A stretch of 64,000 bases of DNA from an uncultured Acidobacteriota bacterium (GTDB lineage Bacteria; Acidobacteriota; UBA6911; RPQK01; JAPXNP01): NCBI GenBank assembly GCA_963777605.1, contig CAVZRV010000010.1, positions 480,001-544,000 of the forward strand, in the 5' to 3' direction. The notes under the pieces were generated by a model. The model saw only the letters and a list, made by a program, of their open reading frames with translations, ran no database searches and was not told the origin of the DNA. Each line of letters starts with the position of its first letter. The stretch's first letter is position 1. Shown here piece after piece: positions 10,763 through 21,636 of this stretch. A program made the translations under genes and the position numbers.

Positions 10763-11759
10763 GTCGATTGCCTTCGCGCGGGCGGGTTTACTGGGCAATC
10801 CGTCCGACGGGTACTTCGGAAAGACCATCTCACTCGCGTTCCAGAACTTCCGGGCGCGGATCGTCCTCTACGAGTGGCCCGAACTGGAGATCATTCTCAG
10901 CCGGCAGGACCGCTGTGAGTTCTCAGGCCTCGACGAGCTTGTCGAAGACGTCAAGCTCAACGGACTTTACGGCGGACTTCGCCTGATCAAGGCTGCCATC
11001 AAGGTCTTTGCCGAGTACTGCACCACCCACGAGATTGCGCTGCCCGATCACAACTTCGCGCTTCGCTACGAGACAGACATTCCGCGGCAGGTCGGCCTGG
11101 CCGGCTCGAGTGCCATCATCACGGCGGTAATCCGTGCCCTGACCCGCTTTTACGGTGTGGACATCAGCAAGCCTCACCTCGCCAACCTGATCCTCTCCGT
11201 CGAGACCCGGGAGATCGGGATCGCCGCGGGCTTGCAGGACCGCGTGACTCAGGTCTATCAGGGCCTGGTCTACATGGACTTCGCCCGGGAACACTTCGCA
11301 AAGCAAGGTTTCGGCAGTTACGAGATACTGAGGCCTCCGGTTCCGCCGGCATTCTATGTCGCTTATCGCCAGAACCTGAGCCAGATCTCCGGGGTCTATC
11401 ACAGCAACCTGAAGGAACGATGGGAATCGGGTGAACCGCAGGTGATCGGCGCCATGAACGAGTTCGCCAGGCTTGCCGAGGAAGGCAGAGCCGCCTTGAC
11501 AGAAGGCGACGTTCCGGCTTTTTCGCAGTTGATGGACCGCAACTTCGACCTCAGAAGAAGTCTCGTCCGACTCGATCCCATCAACATCGAGATCGTGGAG
11601 GCCGCCCGCAAGCTGGGTGTCTCGGCCAAGTATGCGGGGTCCGGTGGTTCGATCGTGGGCGTCTGCGCTGAACAGGACCGATTCGAGGCGCTGAGCCGCT
11701 CACTGGGGGACCTCGGCTGCGCGGTCTTCAGACCCACCCCGGCCCCTCCGCTGGAGTGA
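10749..11759 (+). CDS. GHMP kinase, glucuronokinase-like
   Basis: ARAGLLGNPSD.YFG.TIS, PRQVGLAGSSA (GHMP motif II), AGLQDRV.QVY.GLV.MDF, AGSGG; overlaps the galU stop. Confidence 0.85.
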   Translation: MKIIESIAFARAGLLGNPSDGYFGKTISLAFQNFRARIVLYEWPELEIILSRQDRCEFSGLDELVEDVKLNGLYGGLRLIKAAIKVFAEYCTTHEIALPDHNFALRYETDIPRQVGLAGSSAIITAVIRALTRFYGVDISKPHLANLILSVETREIGIAAGLQDRVTQVYQGLVYMDFAREHFAKQGFGSYEILRPPVPPAFYVAYRQNLSQISGVYHSNLKERWESGEPQVIGAMNEFARLAEEGRAALTEGDVPAFSQLMDRNFDLRRSLVRLDPINIEIVEAARKLGVSAKYAGSGGSIVGVCAEQDRFEALSRSLGDLGCAVFRPTPAPPLE

Positions 11760-11964
11760 CTTGAAACTCCACTGAAACTGCATCTTTGGGACCAGTTGGA
11801 AGTCCTGGATGATTTGGACGCGTCTGGATGGAGATTCGGGCGATCGGTCGAACTTAGAAGCCGTGGCTCTCGGCTGGATCCTGGATACCCCGATTCCAGA
11901 ACGCGAGCGCGAGCGGCGCCGGACGTTAGCAAGTCACCAGAAGTGATACCGAAGGCCGGAACCG

Positions 11965-12156
11965 TTAAGCCGATCGCACACCCAACTTCTTGAGAATGCT
12001 CATGAGCGGACACCAGTTCGTAAACGCCGACTGGAACAGGTTCAACCCGACGAAGGCAGTGAAAAAATACCAGTAGGCGTTAACCCAGTGGCCCAGCGCG
12101 AGGCTGATCAACACAAAGAACCCGGCAACGAGTCGCAAATAACGTTCAACATTCAT
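11965..12156 (-). CDS. DUF2892 (YgaP-like transmembrane domain) protein
   Basis: 63 aa, ERYLRLVAG...FVGLNLFQSAFTNWCP signature. Confidence 0.88.
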   Translation of the reverse strand: MNVERYLRLVAGFFVLISLALGHWVNAYWYFFTAFVGLNLFQSAFTNWCPLMSILKKLGVRSA

Positions 12157-12161
12157 TCGAG

Positions 12162-15100
12162 TTAACCTCCGTTCACATTCGAATCAGGGGAAACTTTGAC
12201 GACCGAACCAAATCTTCGACCGGCCAGGAAGTAGAGTATCGGAACGGTCATTCGGGACAGCAGCAGCGAGGCGACCTCACCGGCCATCAAGGATATCGCC
12301 AACCCCTGGAAAATCGGGTCGAAAAGGATCACCGATGCACCCACTATAACAGCAGCGGCCGTCAACAGCATGGGGCGAAACCGGACGGCACCAGCGTCCA
12401 CGACGGCTTTGTCGAGAGGTACCCCTTCTCTCAGCCGCAGCTCTACGAAATCGACCAGAATGATCGAATTCCGCACCACGATTCCCGCACCCGCGATGAA
12501 ACCGATCATCGACGTCGCGGTAAAGAAGGCGCCCATGCCCCAGTGCGCGGGCAGAATGCCGACCAGAGAGAAGGGGATGGCAGCCATAATCACAAACGGC
12601 GTCAACAACGACTGGAACCACCCGACGACGAGAATGTAGATCAGCACCAGTACCGCCGCGAAGGCAATTCCAAGATCGCGGAACACTTCGTACGTGATGT
12701 GCCATTCACCGTCCCACTTCACAGCATACTGCTGAATCTCAAAGGGCTGCGCAGCCGTGTACTGGGCAACCTTGTACCCGGGCGGAAACCGCACCTTTTC
12801 GACGCTGTCGCTCAGCTTGAGGATGGCATACACGGGACTCTCCTCGGTGCCCGCGACGTCCCCGGTCACGTAGACGACCGGCTTCAGGTTCTTGTGATAA
12901 ATGCTCTGTTCGTTGACCGACTTCTCAAGCCGCACCAGTTCACCGAGAGGGACCTGCTGCCCCCCTTGGCCGGTCAGTCGGATTCCTTCGATGGCAGACA
13001 GGCTCGAACGGCGCTCCTTCGGGAGTCTGAGCAGGATCGAGACGTCCTCCTTCTCATGCGGATCGTGGAGCAGGCCGGCGCTCATTCCATCCACGGCCAG
13101 CCGAACGGTGGCGGTGATCTGTTCGACCGAGATTCCGCTCAGCGCCGCCTTCTCCTGGTTGACGTGGAAGATCAGTTTCTCCTGGTTGGCTTCGATGTAG
13201 GAATCGACATCGACTACGCCAGGGGTGTCCCGAAAGATGTCTTCGATCTGGCGGGCCAGTTCAATCTGCTTCGAATAGTCCGGGCCGTAGACCTCGGCCA
13301 CCAGGGTCTGGAGCACGGGCGGACCCGGCGGAACCTCGGCCACCTTGACGGCAGCTCCGTAGCGGGCCGCGATTTCCTGGATCGGTCCCCGGACCTCCTT
13401 GGCGATCGGGTGACTCTGCTGGTCCCGGTCCTCCTTGGGAGCGAGGTTCACCTGGATGTCGGCCTGGTTGGGCAGCCGGCGCAGGAAGTAGTGACGGACG
13501 AGTCCGTTGAAGTTGTACGGAGCCGACGTCCCCACGTAAGTCTGGAAGTTCATCACTGCCGGCACCGTCGCCAGGTAGCTGCCGATGTCATGAGTGACCG
13601 CTGCGGTATCTTCGAGGGTCGTACCCTCGGGCATATCGATCACAACCTGGAATTCACTCTTGTTGTCGAAGGGCAGCATCTTGACCGTGACCAACTTGAA
13701 CGCAACCATCGAAAGTGCCCCGATAAGCAGGACCACCACCCCGATCAGGAAGCTGTAGCGTATCATCGGGACGTGGATCAGCCGGCCCATCACCTGGCGG
13801 TACATCCGCGTGCTCAATCCCTCCTCGTCGCGGTGTCCATCGTCCCCGTCTTCGTGTCGCTTGAGCAGTCGAACGGAGGCCCACGGAGTCACCATGAACG
13901 CCACCAGGAGAGAAAACAGCATCGCTGCCGATGCCCCCACCGGAATCGGCCTCATGTAGGGACCCATCAACCCGCGGACGAATGCCATCGGGATGATCGC
14001 GGCGATGACAGCGAATGTCGCCAGGATGGTCGGGTTCCCGACCTCGTCCACCGCCTCCGTTGCGACTTCCAGGATCGGTCTGCCCCGGTTTCCGGGCAGC
14101 CGGTAGTGACGGACGATGTTTTCGACGACCACGATGGCGTCATCGACCAGAATACCGATTGAGAAGATAAGAGCGAAAAGCGTCACGCGGTTGAGCGTAT
14201 AGCCAAGAAAGTAGAAGACGACCAAGGTCAGGGCCAGGGTCACCGGAATGGCGATCGCGACAATTCCCGACTCGCGGAAACCGAGAGTCAACCAGATGAG
14301 GATGGTGACCGAGAGAATCGCCAGAAACATGTGGAAAAGCAGTTCATCCGATTTCTCTTCGGCGGTCGCCCCATAGTTCCGGGAAATCGTCATCTGGATA
14401 TCTTCCGGGACAAGCCTGCCGCGCTGGTCCTCAAGCTTCCGAATGACATTGTCCGCGACGTTAATGGCGTTGGTTCCCTTCCGCTTGGCTACCGAGATGG
14501 TCACTGCGGGGTAGGTACTTCCGACAACCCCTTGCTCGCCCCCATCCTCGATTCCGGCAGGCGCCCCAACTTCGTTCGGAGATCCGGGTTCGGCCCCGAT
14601 GCTTTCCGTGAATTTCGCGGCCGGGCCCTCCCCGAAGAGGACATAGTTGGAGAGCTCTTCCGGGCCGTCCACGACCTGAGCGATTTCGCGCAGGTAGACC
14701 GGACGGTTCGTGAAGACCGCCACGACCAGGTTCCGGACGTCATCCGATGTCCTCAGGAAGCCTCCCGTCTCAACCAGCACCTCCCGGTTCTCGGCCGAGA
14801 AGTTCCCTGACTGCATCTGCTTGTTCGACTGACCGAGGACCTTCATCACCCAGGCAGGCGAAACGTTGAGGGCTGCCATCCGGTTGACATCGAAGAGCAC
14901 CCTCACCTGCCGCCGTTGTCCGCCGATCAAGGTAACTTCTGAAACATCGTCCACCTGCTTGATCGAGTCATCGAGCTGTGCGGCGACTCTCCGCAGCATG
15001 TAGTGATCCTGCGTCTTGCTCCACAGTGTGATGCCAAGAATCGGGACGTCGTCGATCGATCGCGGCTTCACAAGGGGCGGGCTGGCGCCCGGCGGGATCA

Positions 15101-15470
15101 GATCGAAGTTCGCGTACATCTTCTGATTGAGCCGGACTATGGCCTTTTCCTCATCTTCACCAACCAGGAACCGGACGATCGCCATCGACGAACCCGGACT
15201 CGAAGTTGAGTAGATGTACTCCACCCCGGGAATCTCCCAGAGGAGCTTCTCCATCGGACGGGTGACCCGCTCCTCAACCTCTTTTGCGCTCGCTCCAGGC
15301 ATCTGCACGAAGACGTCGATCATTGGGACGATAATCTGCGGCTCTTCCTCGCGCGGCAGCATGAGCACCGCCCCAATTCCAAGGAGGATGGAGGCGGCAA
15401 CGATCAAGGGCGTCAACTTCGAGTCGATGAACGCGTGAGCGACTTTGCCTGCTAACCCTATGTTCTTCAT
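12162..15470 (-). CDS. RND efflux transporter permease (AcrB/AcrD/AcrF family)
   Basis: 1102 aa; [45 protein letters not shown]. Confidence 0.95.
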   Translation of the reverse strand: MKNIGLAGKVAHAFIDSKLTPLIVAASILLGIGAVLMLPREEEPQIIVPMIDVFVQMPGASAKEVEERVTRPMEKLLWEIPGVEYIYSTSSPGSSMAIVRFLVGEDEEKAIVRLNQKMYANFDLIPPGASPPLVKPRSIDDVPILGITLWSKTQDHYMLRRVAAQLDDSIKQVDDVSEVTLIGGQRRQVRVLFDVNRMAALNVSPAWVMKVLGQSNKQMQSGNFSAENREVLVETGGFLRTSDDVRNLVVAVFTNRPVYLREIAQVVDGPEELSNYVLFGEGPAAKFTESIGAEPGSPNEVGAPAGIEDGGEQGVVGSTYPAVTISVAKRKGTNAINVADNVIRKLEDQRGRLVPEDIQMTISRNYGATAEEKSDELLFHMFLAILSVTILIWLTLGFRESGIVAIAIPVTLALTLVVFYFLGYTLNRVTLFALIFSIGILVDDAIVVVENIVRHYRLPGNRGRPILEVATEAVDEVGNPTILATFAVIAAIIPMAFVRGLMGPYMRPIPVGASAAMLFSLLVAFMVTPWASVRLLKRHEDGDDGHRDEEGLSTRMYRQVMGRLIHVPMIRYSFLIGVVVLLIGALSMVAFKLVTVKMLPFDNKSEFQVVIDMPEGTTLEDTAAVTHDIGSYLATVPAVMNFQTYVGTSAPYNFNGLVRHYFLRRLPNQADIQVNLAPKEDRDQQSHPIAKEVRGPIQEIAARYGAAVKVAEVPPGPPVLQTLVAEVYGPDYSKQIELARQIEDIFRDTPGVVDVDSYIEANQEKLIFHVNQEKAALSGISVEQITATVRLAVDGMSAGLLHDPHEKEDVSILLRLPKERRSSLSAIEGIRLTGQGGQQVPLGELVRLEKSVNEQSIYHKNLKPVVYVTGDVAGTEESPVYAILKLSDSVEKVRFPPGYKVAQYTAAQPFEIQQYAVKWDGEWHITYEVFRDLGIAFAAVLVLIYILVVGWFQSLLTPFVIMAAIPFSLVGILPAHWGMGAFFTATSMIGFIAGAGIVVRNSIILVDFVELRLREGVPLDKAVVDAGAVRFRPMLLTAAAVIVGASVILFDPIFQGLAISLMAGEVASLLLSRMTVPILYFLAGRRFGSVVKVSPDSNVNGG

Positions 15471-15506
15471 TCTGTACTCCCGGCAAGCCCGTCCCGGACT
15501 GGGCCT

Positions 15507-16787
15507 TTAACACTCCACTCCGAGTTCGTGCACAAAGGAATCCGACTGCCCGAAACCGGGCATCACCCCAAGGCCCGCCCCGGGGAGATTGGCCGAAATC
15601 GTGACCGCGGACCCGTCGCGCAGCTCATGCGAAGGTTCGATCACGACCCGATCGCCCTGCGCCACCCCGGCCAGTACTTCGATCCGGCCGTCCAGGCTGC
15701 GTCCAGTCTTGATCAGGCGAAACCGGGCGTGGTTCTCGGGCCCCACCACGTAAAGCCCGACCAACTGGCCTCGCCGAATGACGGCCGACTCAGGAACGGT
15801 CAGCATCGCCTCGCCGGGAGCCGGGAAGAAAGCCGTGCCATACATTCCGGAGTGCAGTCCGGCAAGCGGTTCCAACCGGATTTTGACGACAAAGGAACGA
15901 CTGGCGGGATCGGCCCGCGGATCGATTTCCCGCACTGTGCCCGGAAACTGCTGGCCCAGAGAGCTGACATTGACCGTGACCTCGGCACCCACCTGAACCG
16001 CCGGGACCCGGCTCTCCGAGACCACGGCCTCGAGCTGATAGTCGGCCGGATCCTCAATCGTCAGCAGCAGCATGCCCGGCGACGCCAGTTGGCCGATCTC
16101 GACCTGTCTTGTCGAAACCACTCCCGCGTAAGGCGCCGACACCGTGCAGTAGCCCACAAACAGATTGGCTTGATCGAGCATGGCCTCGGCCTGACGAATC
16201 TTCGACTCGACCTGGCCCTTCTTGGCCCGTACCGACTCGAGCATGTCTTCGGCCTGGCGGAGTTGCGCCTGGGCGCCCTGGTTTCTGGCCGATACCTCGT
16301 CGAATTCCTGCTGGCTGACCGACTTCCGCTCGAGCAGGGTCTTATACCGGTCAAAGGTTGACTGCGCCAGCGTGGCGTTGGCGGCAGCGGCTTCCTTGCC
16401 CGATTCCGCAGCCAGGATCGCCTTTCCCACCTCGTTCAGGGCCTGGCGGGCCTCTTCCAAGCCGGCTTCGGCCTGCGCGACCTGGGCACGGGCGTCGCGG
16501 GGGTCGATTTCGAGCAGCAACTGCCCTTTCGACACGCGATCCCCTTCGCGGACCCGTACAGAGGTGACATACCCCATGACCTTGGCGGAAATCGGCGTGA
16601 CGGTCTTCGACTCAACCGTCCCGGTGGCCTCGAACCCGGCCGCCTGGGTGGTGCTCTCAACCTGACCGACTCGAACCGAGACGGGTGGCCCCTCCGGAAT
16701 TTCAGCTTGCCGCTCCGTGCCGCTGGAACACTGAGTCATGGTCAAAGCCGAAGCCAAGGCTAATGTAATGAATAGGTTGCGAATCAT
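15507..16787 (-). CDS. RND efflux periplasmic adaptor (membrane fusion protein), probable lipoprotein
   Basis: Lipoprotein-like N-terminus (..TQC), lipoyl halves VREGDRVSKGQLL and APYAGVV, coiled coil, DPASRSF, GMYG. Confidence 0.93.
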   Translation of the reverse strand: MIRNLFITLALASALTMTQCSSGTERQAEIPEGPPVSVRVGQVESTTQAAGFEATGTVESKTVTPISAKVMGYVTSVRVREGDRVSKGQLLLEIDPRDARAQVAQAEAGLEEARQALNEVGKAILAAESGKEAAAANATLAQSTFDRYKTLLERKSVSQQEFDEVSARNQGAQAQLRQAEDMLESVRAKKGQVESKIRQAEAMLDQANLFVGYCTVSAPYAGVVSTRQVEIGQLASPGMLLLTIEDPADYQLEAVVSESRVPAVQVGAEVTVNVSSLGQQFPGTVREIDPRADPASRSFVVKIRLEPLAGLHSGMYGTAFFPAPGEAMLTVPESAVIRRGQLVGLYVVGPENHARFRLIKTGRSLDGRIEVLAGVAQGDRVVIEPSHELRDGSAVTISANLPGAGLGVMPGFGQSDSFVHELGVEC

Positions 16788-16807
16788 GGTTTCGATCCTC
16801 GCCACGT

Positions 16808-18184
16808 TTAATTTGAAAATTGCGAGACTTCGTTGAGGGAACCTGTGCTGAGCAGGATTCCCGCATAGTTCAGGTAATGTTCATAGCGGGCGCCCAGAAC
16901 ATTGAAACGGGCGCTGAGCAACGCTGTCTGGGCCCGGAGGACCTCGGTGACCGTCGTCAGACCGACGTTCTGACGGTCTTCCACAATGCGCAGGGCCTCC
17001 ACGGCCTGGTCTACCGCGGCCGCCGCAAACTGAAGCCGTTGACGCGAGCTCAAATAGCCCTGGTAGGCCTTGACGACCTCGAGTCGGATCTGGTTCCCGA
17101 CCCTCTCTTTTTCAGCGCCGGCCGCCCTTTCCGCTGCCACGGCCTGCCGGATGCGGGACGTGCGTCCCATGTCGACAATGTCGAAATTGAGGCTGGCTCC
17201 AACCGCAAAATCACCGCTGCCGTTGGAAAGGTCCTGGGTGCTGTTGGCCGCCTGGGCAAACAGGTTCAGGTTGGGATACCACTGTCCTTTGCTCTTGCGG
17301 ACCTCTTCCTGGGCGAGGTCAACCTGGCGCTGCGCGTTAGTGTAGTCCGGACGCATCTGAAGTGCCCGGTTGATCAAGCCGGACTGTTCGGGTTCCGGGA
17401 ACTGTCGCTCGTCAAGGCTTCCGGCAAGCTCTTGGGGCGCGTCGATAGGAAGAGCCAGGACCGTGTTCAAGCCCGCCCGGGCGGTTTCGACATCTCCTCG
17501 TGCCTGCACCAGCTGCTGCTGAAAATCAGCCAGCTGGACCTGCATCGACAGAAGGTCCGAGGTGACCGCGACACCCGTCTCGACCTTCGCACGGATACTC
17601 TCAACCTGGGATTCCGCCGTGCGGACCGCTTCTTCCGCTACCGCCTGGCGTTGCCGGGCAAGGATCAGCCCGTAATAGGCCTGAATGACATGCAACCGAA
17701 TCTGCTGCCGGGCCCAGTCATCATCGGCACCGGCCTGTCCTCCCCTGATTTCCGCCTGCCTGATCCCGGAACTGACCTGAAACCGGTTGAAGACCGGAAG
17801 CTTCAGGTTCAACGATGACCTGAAATTGGAGATCGAAGGAGGGTGGTTCAAGTAGTTCGGATCAAAGTTGGCGGGACCAAACCGGCCCTGCTCGAGGAGG
17901 GACCCGAACACGAAGACAGGGTTGTTGCTGTTGGTGTAGGTCTCACTGAAACTCAGCATGGGATAGCGACCCGACTTGGCCTCGCTCAATTGCGCCGACG
18001 CGACGTCGATGCCGGCTTCCGTTGCTTTGAGCATCGGGTTGTTCTGCAAAGCGAGGTTCACCGCCTGGTCCAAGGTCAGGCCACCCGCTTGCTGAGAGAC
18101 TTCTGCCGCTTCCGGCTGGCCGCTTAAACCTGTGGCCAGCAAAACGGCAAAGACGAATTTCGGGATTCTGCTCGTTCTGCTCAT
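16808..18184 (-). CDS. TolC-family outer membrane efflux protein
   Basis: Signal peptide, LTLDQAVNLALQNNP, two OEP repeats; first gene of the RND operon. Confidence 0.9.
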   Translation of the reverse strand: MSRTSRIPKFVFAVLLATGLSGQPEAAEVSQQAGGLTLDQAVNLALQNNPMLKATEAGIDVASAQLSEAKSGRYPMLSFSETYTNSNNPVFVFGSLLEQGRFGPANFDPNYLNHPPSISNFRSSLNLKLPVFNRFQVSSGIRQAEIRGGQAGADDDWARQQIRLHVIQAYYGLILARQRQAVAEEAVRTAESQVESIRAKVETGVAVTSDLLSMQVQLADFQQQLVQARGDVETARAGLNTVLALPIDAPQELAGSLDERQFPEPEQSGLINRALQMRPDYTNAQRQVDLAQEEVRKSKGQWYPNLNLFAQAANSTQDLSNGSGDFAVGASLNFDIVDMGRTSRIRQAVAAERAAGAEKERVGNQIRLEVVKAYQGYLSSRQRLQFAAAAVDQAVEALRIVEDRQNVGLTTVTEVLRAQTALLSARFNVLGARYEHYLNYAGILLSTGSLNEVSQFSN

Positions 18185-18477
18185 AACGATCACTGCTCGG
18201 GTTATTTGTTGACTGCAAGAAACCCCAGAGAGGCGCACCCCGGGTCGCCGTTCAAGCCGATCGACCCGCAATACCTTTCGCCAAGAATCTAGCGCACGCC
18301 CTGTAGATTCTTAACAAAAGTCAAAGATGTCATATCCGCTCCAAAGGATTCGACATTCAAGGGTGGAAAAGTCCACAATCTTTATTCCAAACCGATGAGA
18401 CGCAAACCGCAAGTCGAAATCCACATTTCTCGCCGAACTCCGGTCCAATCGTCCAACTCAGTGAAGGGACGTCGTTT

Positions 18478-19347
18478 TTGATACCAGTGAGTGGCGCCGT
18501 CCAGGTCATTCTGGCGGGAATCCTGTTTGCGCTGATGAGCGGTGGAGTCAAGTTATTGGCCGGCACCCAGCCCAACGCGGTAATCGTGTTCTTTCGAAAT
18601 GCCTTTGCACTTGCCGCCTTCCTGCCCTGGATTCTCCACCGTGGTATCGCCACCCTGCATACGAAAGTGCCCCAGTTCCACCTCCTTCGAAGCCTGGCGG
18701 GACTCAGCGCGATGTACTGCTTCTTCTTTGCCATCGGCCGCCTCGAACTGGCCGGAGCCGTCCTGTTGAATTACACGCTGCCGCTCTTCATGCCGTTGAT
18801 CGCGTGGGTGTGGCTGAAGGAACCGGTAACGCGGACGATCGGGCTGGCGGTGGGGCTGGGATTCATCGGGGTGTTGTTCGTGGTGAAGCCGGGCACCAGC
18901 GTTTTCCAATCCGCAGCCTTGGTTGGCCTCTCCGCCGGCATCCTCGGAGCCCTTGCCCAGGTCACCATCCGGCGGCTGACCAGAACAGAACCGGCCTTCC
19001 GCATCGTGTTCTACTTTTCACTCATCACAACAGCGGTTTCGGCGGTCCCGGTCCCCTGGCGCCGGCTCCATCTTCCCTTGCACGATCTCGCCATCCTTGC
19101 CGTCATCGGGGTCCTCGCGGCCACCGCACAGATCCTGCTGACTCGTGGCTATGCTTCCGCTCCGGCCGCCAGCGTGGGGCCGTTCATCTACAGCTCGGTG
19201 ATCTTCGCCGGTATCCTCGACTGGCTGTTCTGGAGTCACGTACCCCGCTTATCTTCCCTGCTGGGTATGATCCTGATCTGCCTCGGAGGGATCCTCGTGA
19301 TGAAAGGGTCCTTGAGACGCTTTAGCGGAATTCGTAACCTGCCCTGA
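18478..19347 (+). CDS. DMT/EamA-family transporter
   Basis: About 10 TM segments with duplicated EamA pattern (IVFFRN, LNYTLPLF..LKE, AAS.VGPFIY). Confidence 0.9.
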   Translation: MIPVSGAVQVILAGILFALMSGGVKLLAGTQPNAVIVFFRNAFALAAFLPWILHRGIATLHTKVPQFHLLRSLAGLSAMYCFFFAIGRLELAGAVLLNYTLPLFMPLIAWVWLKEPVTRTIGLAVGLGFIGVLFVVKPGTSVFQSAALVGLSAGILGALAQVTIRRLTRTEPAFRIVFYFSLITTAVSAVPVPWRRLHLPLHDLAILAVIGVLAATAQILLTRGYASAPAASVGPFIYSSVIFAGILDWLFWSHVPRLSSLLGMILICLGGILVMKGSLRRFSGIRNLP

Positions 19348-19389
19348 ATTCCCCGCAACGATACATGAGAGCCACCCGAACGGGAGTAC

Positions 19390-21636
19390 TTAGTCACTGA
19401 CAGGCCGAATTTGAATCGCGGTGCACCACTGTCTATTGTGGATCATCGCCCGGTTTTCCGACCGGGAAAACTGATCCCGGCTCAACGGTTCTGGGTCCGC
19501 GGCGCCCGAAGGCTTAGCCACAAGCTCGAGGCGCCGAACCGAAAACTGGTCGTCTCCGGAGAACACCAGGTACATTTCCCGCCCATCCGGACTCATCCAC
19601 TTGGTCGGAAGGTGAGCACTTTCACCCGGCCCAACGTCGAAATAGCGGGTGTAGAAAGCGGTGGTCCACGGCCCCCAGGGTTCCGGTGCGTCGTAGATGG
19701 CGATCCCGCCGAAGAAGCGCGGAGCGCCCCCGGGATGCACCTGCACAAGCAGGTACCGCGAAAGGGCCCGATTGAAACTGATTGAGGAGCGGTAACAGCC
19801 ACCGGGATTCGAGAAAACCGCTGAGCGGTCGGCAAGGTCTTGGCTCCAGCGGGGCTGTCCGTTCCGGTAGCCGGACAGGAATTCGTAGGCCTCCCGATTA
19901 CCGATCTGCTCCTTCGGGACCCGCGCAAGAACCATGCGGTCGGAAGCCTCATAGGCGCTGTCGGAGTCGGGAGAATAGACGTAGACGTAGCCGTCCCGGG
20001 CGTCCGCGTAGTCCCGACCGAAGTTCAGAAAGGCGGGATACCCGAAGCTTTCCGAAAATCGCCACGGACTCCAGGACCAGGTCATGCCGTGGTCGTCTGA
20101 CCAGGCCAACTGCGCGTTTTCCGCGTTGCGGGCCCACATGTAGAGACGGCCGTTGACCGACAGCAGGCTGGAGGCCTTCTTGCCGGCCGCTCCTTGCCCT
20201 CGTTGCTCGCCGGTCTGAGAACGGATGTTGATTCCCTGGAAATCGTTCGGGAGACCGAGGACCCTGGCCAGGCCCAGACTCAGCTTTTCTTCCCCGGGCA
20301 GCCTCGGTTCAAAGCCCCACCCGTCTCCATAGGCCGTGTACAGGTTGTCGTCGCCCGCCCAGGTCAGAGGCCAGTTGTCTGATCCTTCGGCCCTGCGCTC
20401 GATCGAAGAACGTGTCCCGAACCGGATCCGGGCAATGATCGGACTCGGGGCATAGGGTGCGGTCTCGGCGAGTCCCTTTCCCGGGGAGAAGCCCTTGACC
20501 GAATCCATTACCGGGTTGAAGACGTACTTCTCGATGCCGCCCCAGAAACCGAGACCCGGCTCCTCGACCAGGTCTCCGTTCCTCACCACGACCAGGCCCA
20601 GGCTCGGCACGACAAGCAGAACCTGCTGGCCCGCTCCGGCTCCAGCGAAGGCATCCTTCGGCACCTTGGGCCAGACCGAGTCCTGGTTGGTCCACCAGCC
20701 GAGCCCCGAGCCCGGCTGAGGATTGCCTGCGGGCCGCTCGGGAATCGGCGTTCCCGCGTACTCGGTCACCGCATCCACCCACGAAGGATCGACCAGTTGC
20801 CGTCCATTCCAGTTGCCCCGTTGGAGCATCAGGAGCCCAACGCGGGCCACGGCACGCGCCGTGAAAGAGCCGCCTCCCCAATCGGGGACGAGAGAGAGCC
20901 CATCGAGCCGGTAGGTCTGCCCGTAGCCGATCGACCAGTCCTCCGGATTCATCCCAATCGGCTCCATTATACGATCCTTCAGCAGTGTCCTTATGTCGGG
21001 CGGACCCTGGTGCAGCAGGCTCGCGGTCACGGCATAGGCGAGGGCACCCATCCCGGGGTTGCTGTACGCATAGCCGGTTCCAGGCGGAAAGATCACAGGG
21101 GCCTGGTAGATAGCCGGAGTGAAGGGGTCGGGATCCTTCCTCCAAAAAGCGCCTTTCCAGCCCGGCAGATCCATATGCGAGATTCCACCTTCTTCCGCAT
21201 CTTCAATCCCGGAACTGTGCGTGGCCAGTTGGCGCAGGGTGATCAATGACTTCTGCGGATCTCCCCGCCAGGCCGGAATGTAGCGCCAGGCCGGGTCGTC
21301 GGGAAAAACAAGCCCGTCGCTGAGAGCCACCAGGAGCGACATCCCGCCGACCAGAGCCTTGGCCAGGGACGCAGTGTAATGGGGCTTGTCCGGCCCGCTG
21401 CCGGGAGAATACCACTCGTAGACGATGACCCCGTCCCGCACCACCAGGAAGCTCTTCGTGCCACGATCGGCCAGCCCGCGACAAGCCTCATCAAGGCGAA
21501 CCCGGTCGAGACCATGCTGCCTTGGAGATTCAGTCCGCCATTGCCACTCACCGGCCCCTTGCAAAACCCCTGCCGTAGCGGTCAACACGACGAAACTCAT
21601 CCACACCCGGGTAACCCACAATCCACTTCTGAACAT
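19390..21636 (-). CDS. Secreted serine hydrolase (beta-lactamase fold) fused to a C-terminal DUF4185-like propeller domain
   Basis: SLAK (SxxK) and YSN motifs, LATHSSG, AGAGQQ. C-terminal half has SDNWPLTW..YTAYGDG and YDAPEPWGPW. Confidence 0.8.
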   Translation of the reverse strand: MFRSGLWVTRVWMSFVVLTATAGVLQGAGEWQWRTESPRQHGLDRVRLDEACRGLADRGTKSFLVVRDGVIVYEWYSPGSGPDKPHYTASLAKALVGGMSLLVALSDGLVFPDDPAWRYIPAWRGDPQKSLITLRQLATHSSGIEDAEEGGISHMDLPGWKGAFWRKDPDPFTPAIYQAPVIFPPGTGYAYSNPGMGALAYAVTASLLHQGPPDIRTLLKDRIMEPIGMNPEDWSIGYGQTYRLDGLSLVPDWGGGSFTARAVARVGLLMLQRGNWNGRQLVDPSWVDAVTEYAGTPIPERPAGNPQPGSGLGWWTNQDSVWPKVPKDAFAGAGAGQQVLLVVPSLGLVVVRNGDLVEEPGLGFWGGIEKYVFNPVMDSVKGFSPGKGLAETAPYAPSPIIARIRFGTRSSIERRAEGSDNWPLTWAGDDNLYTAYGDGWGFEPRLPGEEKLSLGLARVLGLPNDFQGINIRSQTGEQRGQGAAGKKASSLLSVNGRLYMWARNAENAQLAWSDDHGMTWSWSPWRFSESFGYPAFLNFGRDYADARDGYVYVYSPDSDSAYEASDRMVLARVPKEQIGNREAYEFLSGYRNGQPRWSQDLADRSAVFSNPGGCYRSSISFNRALSRYLLVQVHPGGAPRFFGGIAIYDAPEPWGPWTTAFYTRYFDVGPGESAHLPTKWMSPDGREMYLVFSGDDQFSVRRLELVAKPSGAADPEPLSRDQFSRSENRAMIHNRQWCTAIQIRPVSD

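Noticed and set aside
12543-14162. Long antisense or alternative-frame ORFs (also 1787-2719, 3764-4864, 7315-8493, 26156-27307, 30462-31403, 36883-37986, 45022-46065, 57920-59101)
   Set aside because: Shadow ORFs expected from high-GC codon bias; no recognisable motifs, and each overlaps a well-supported gene.
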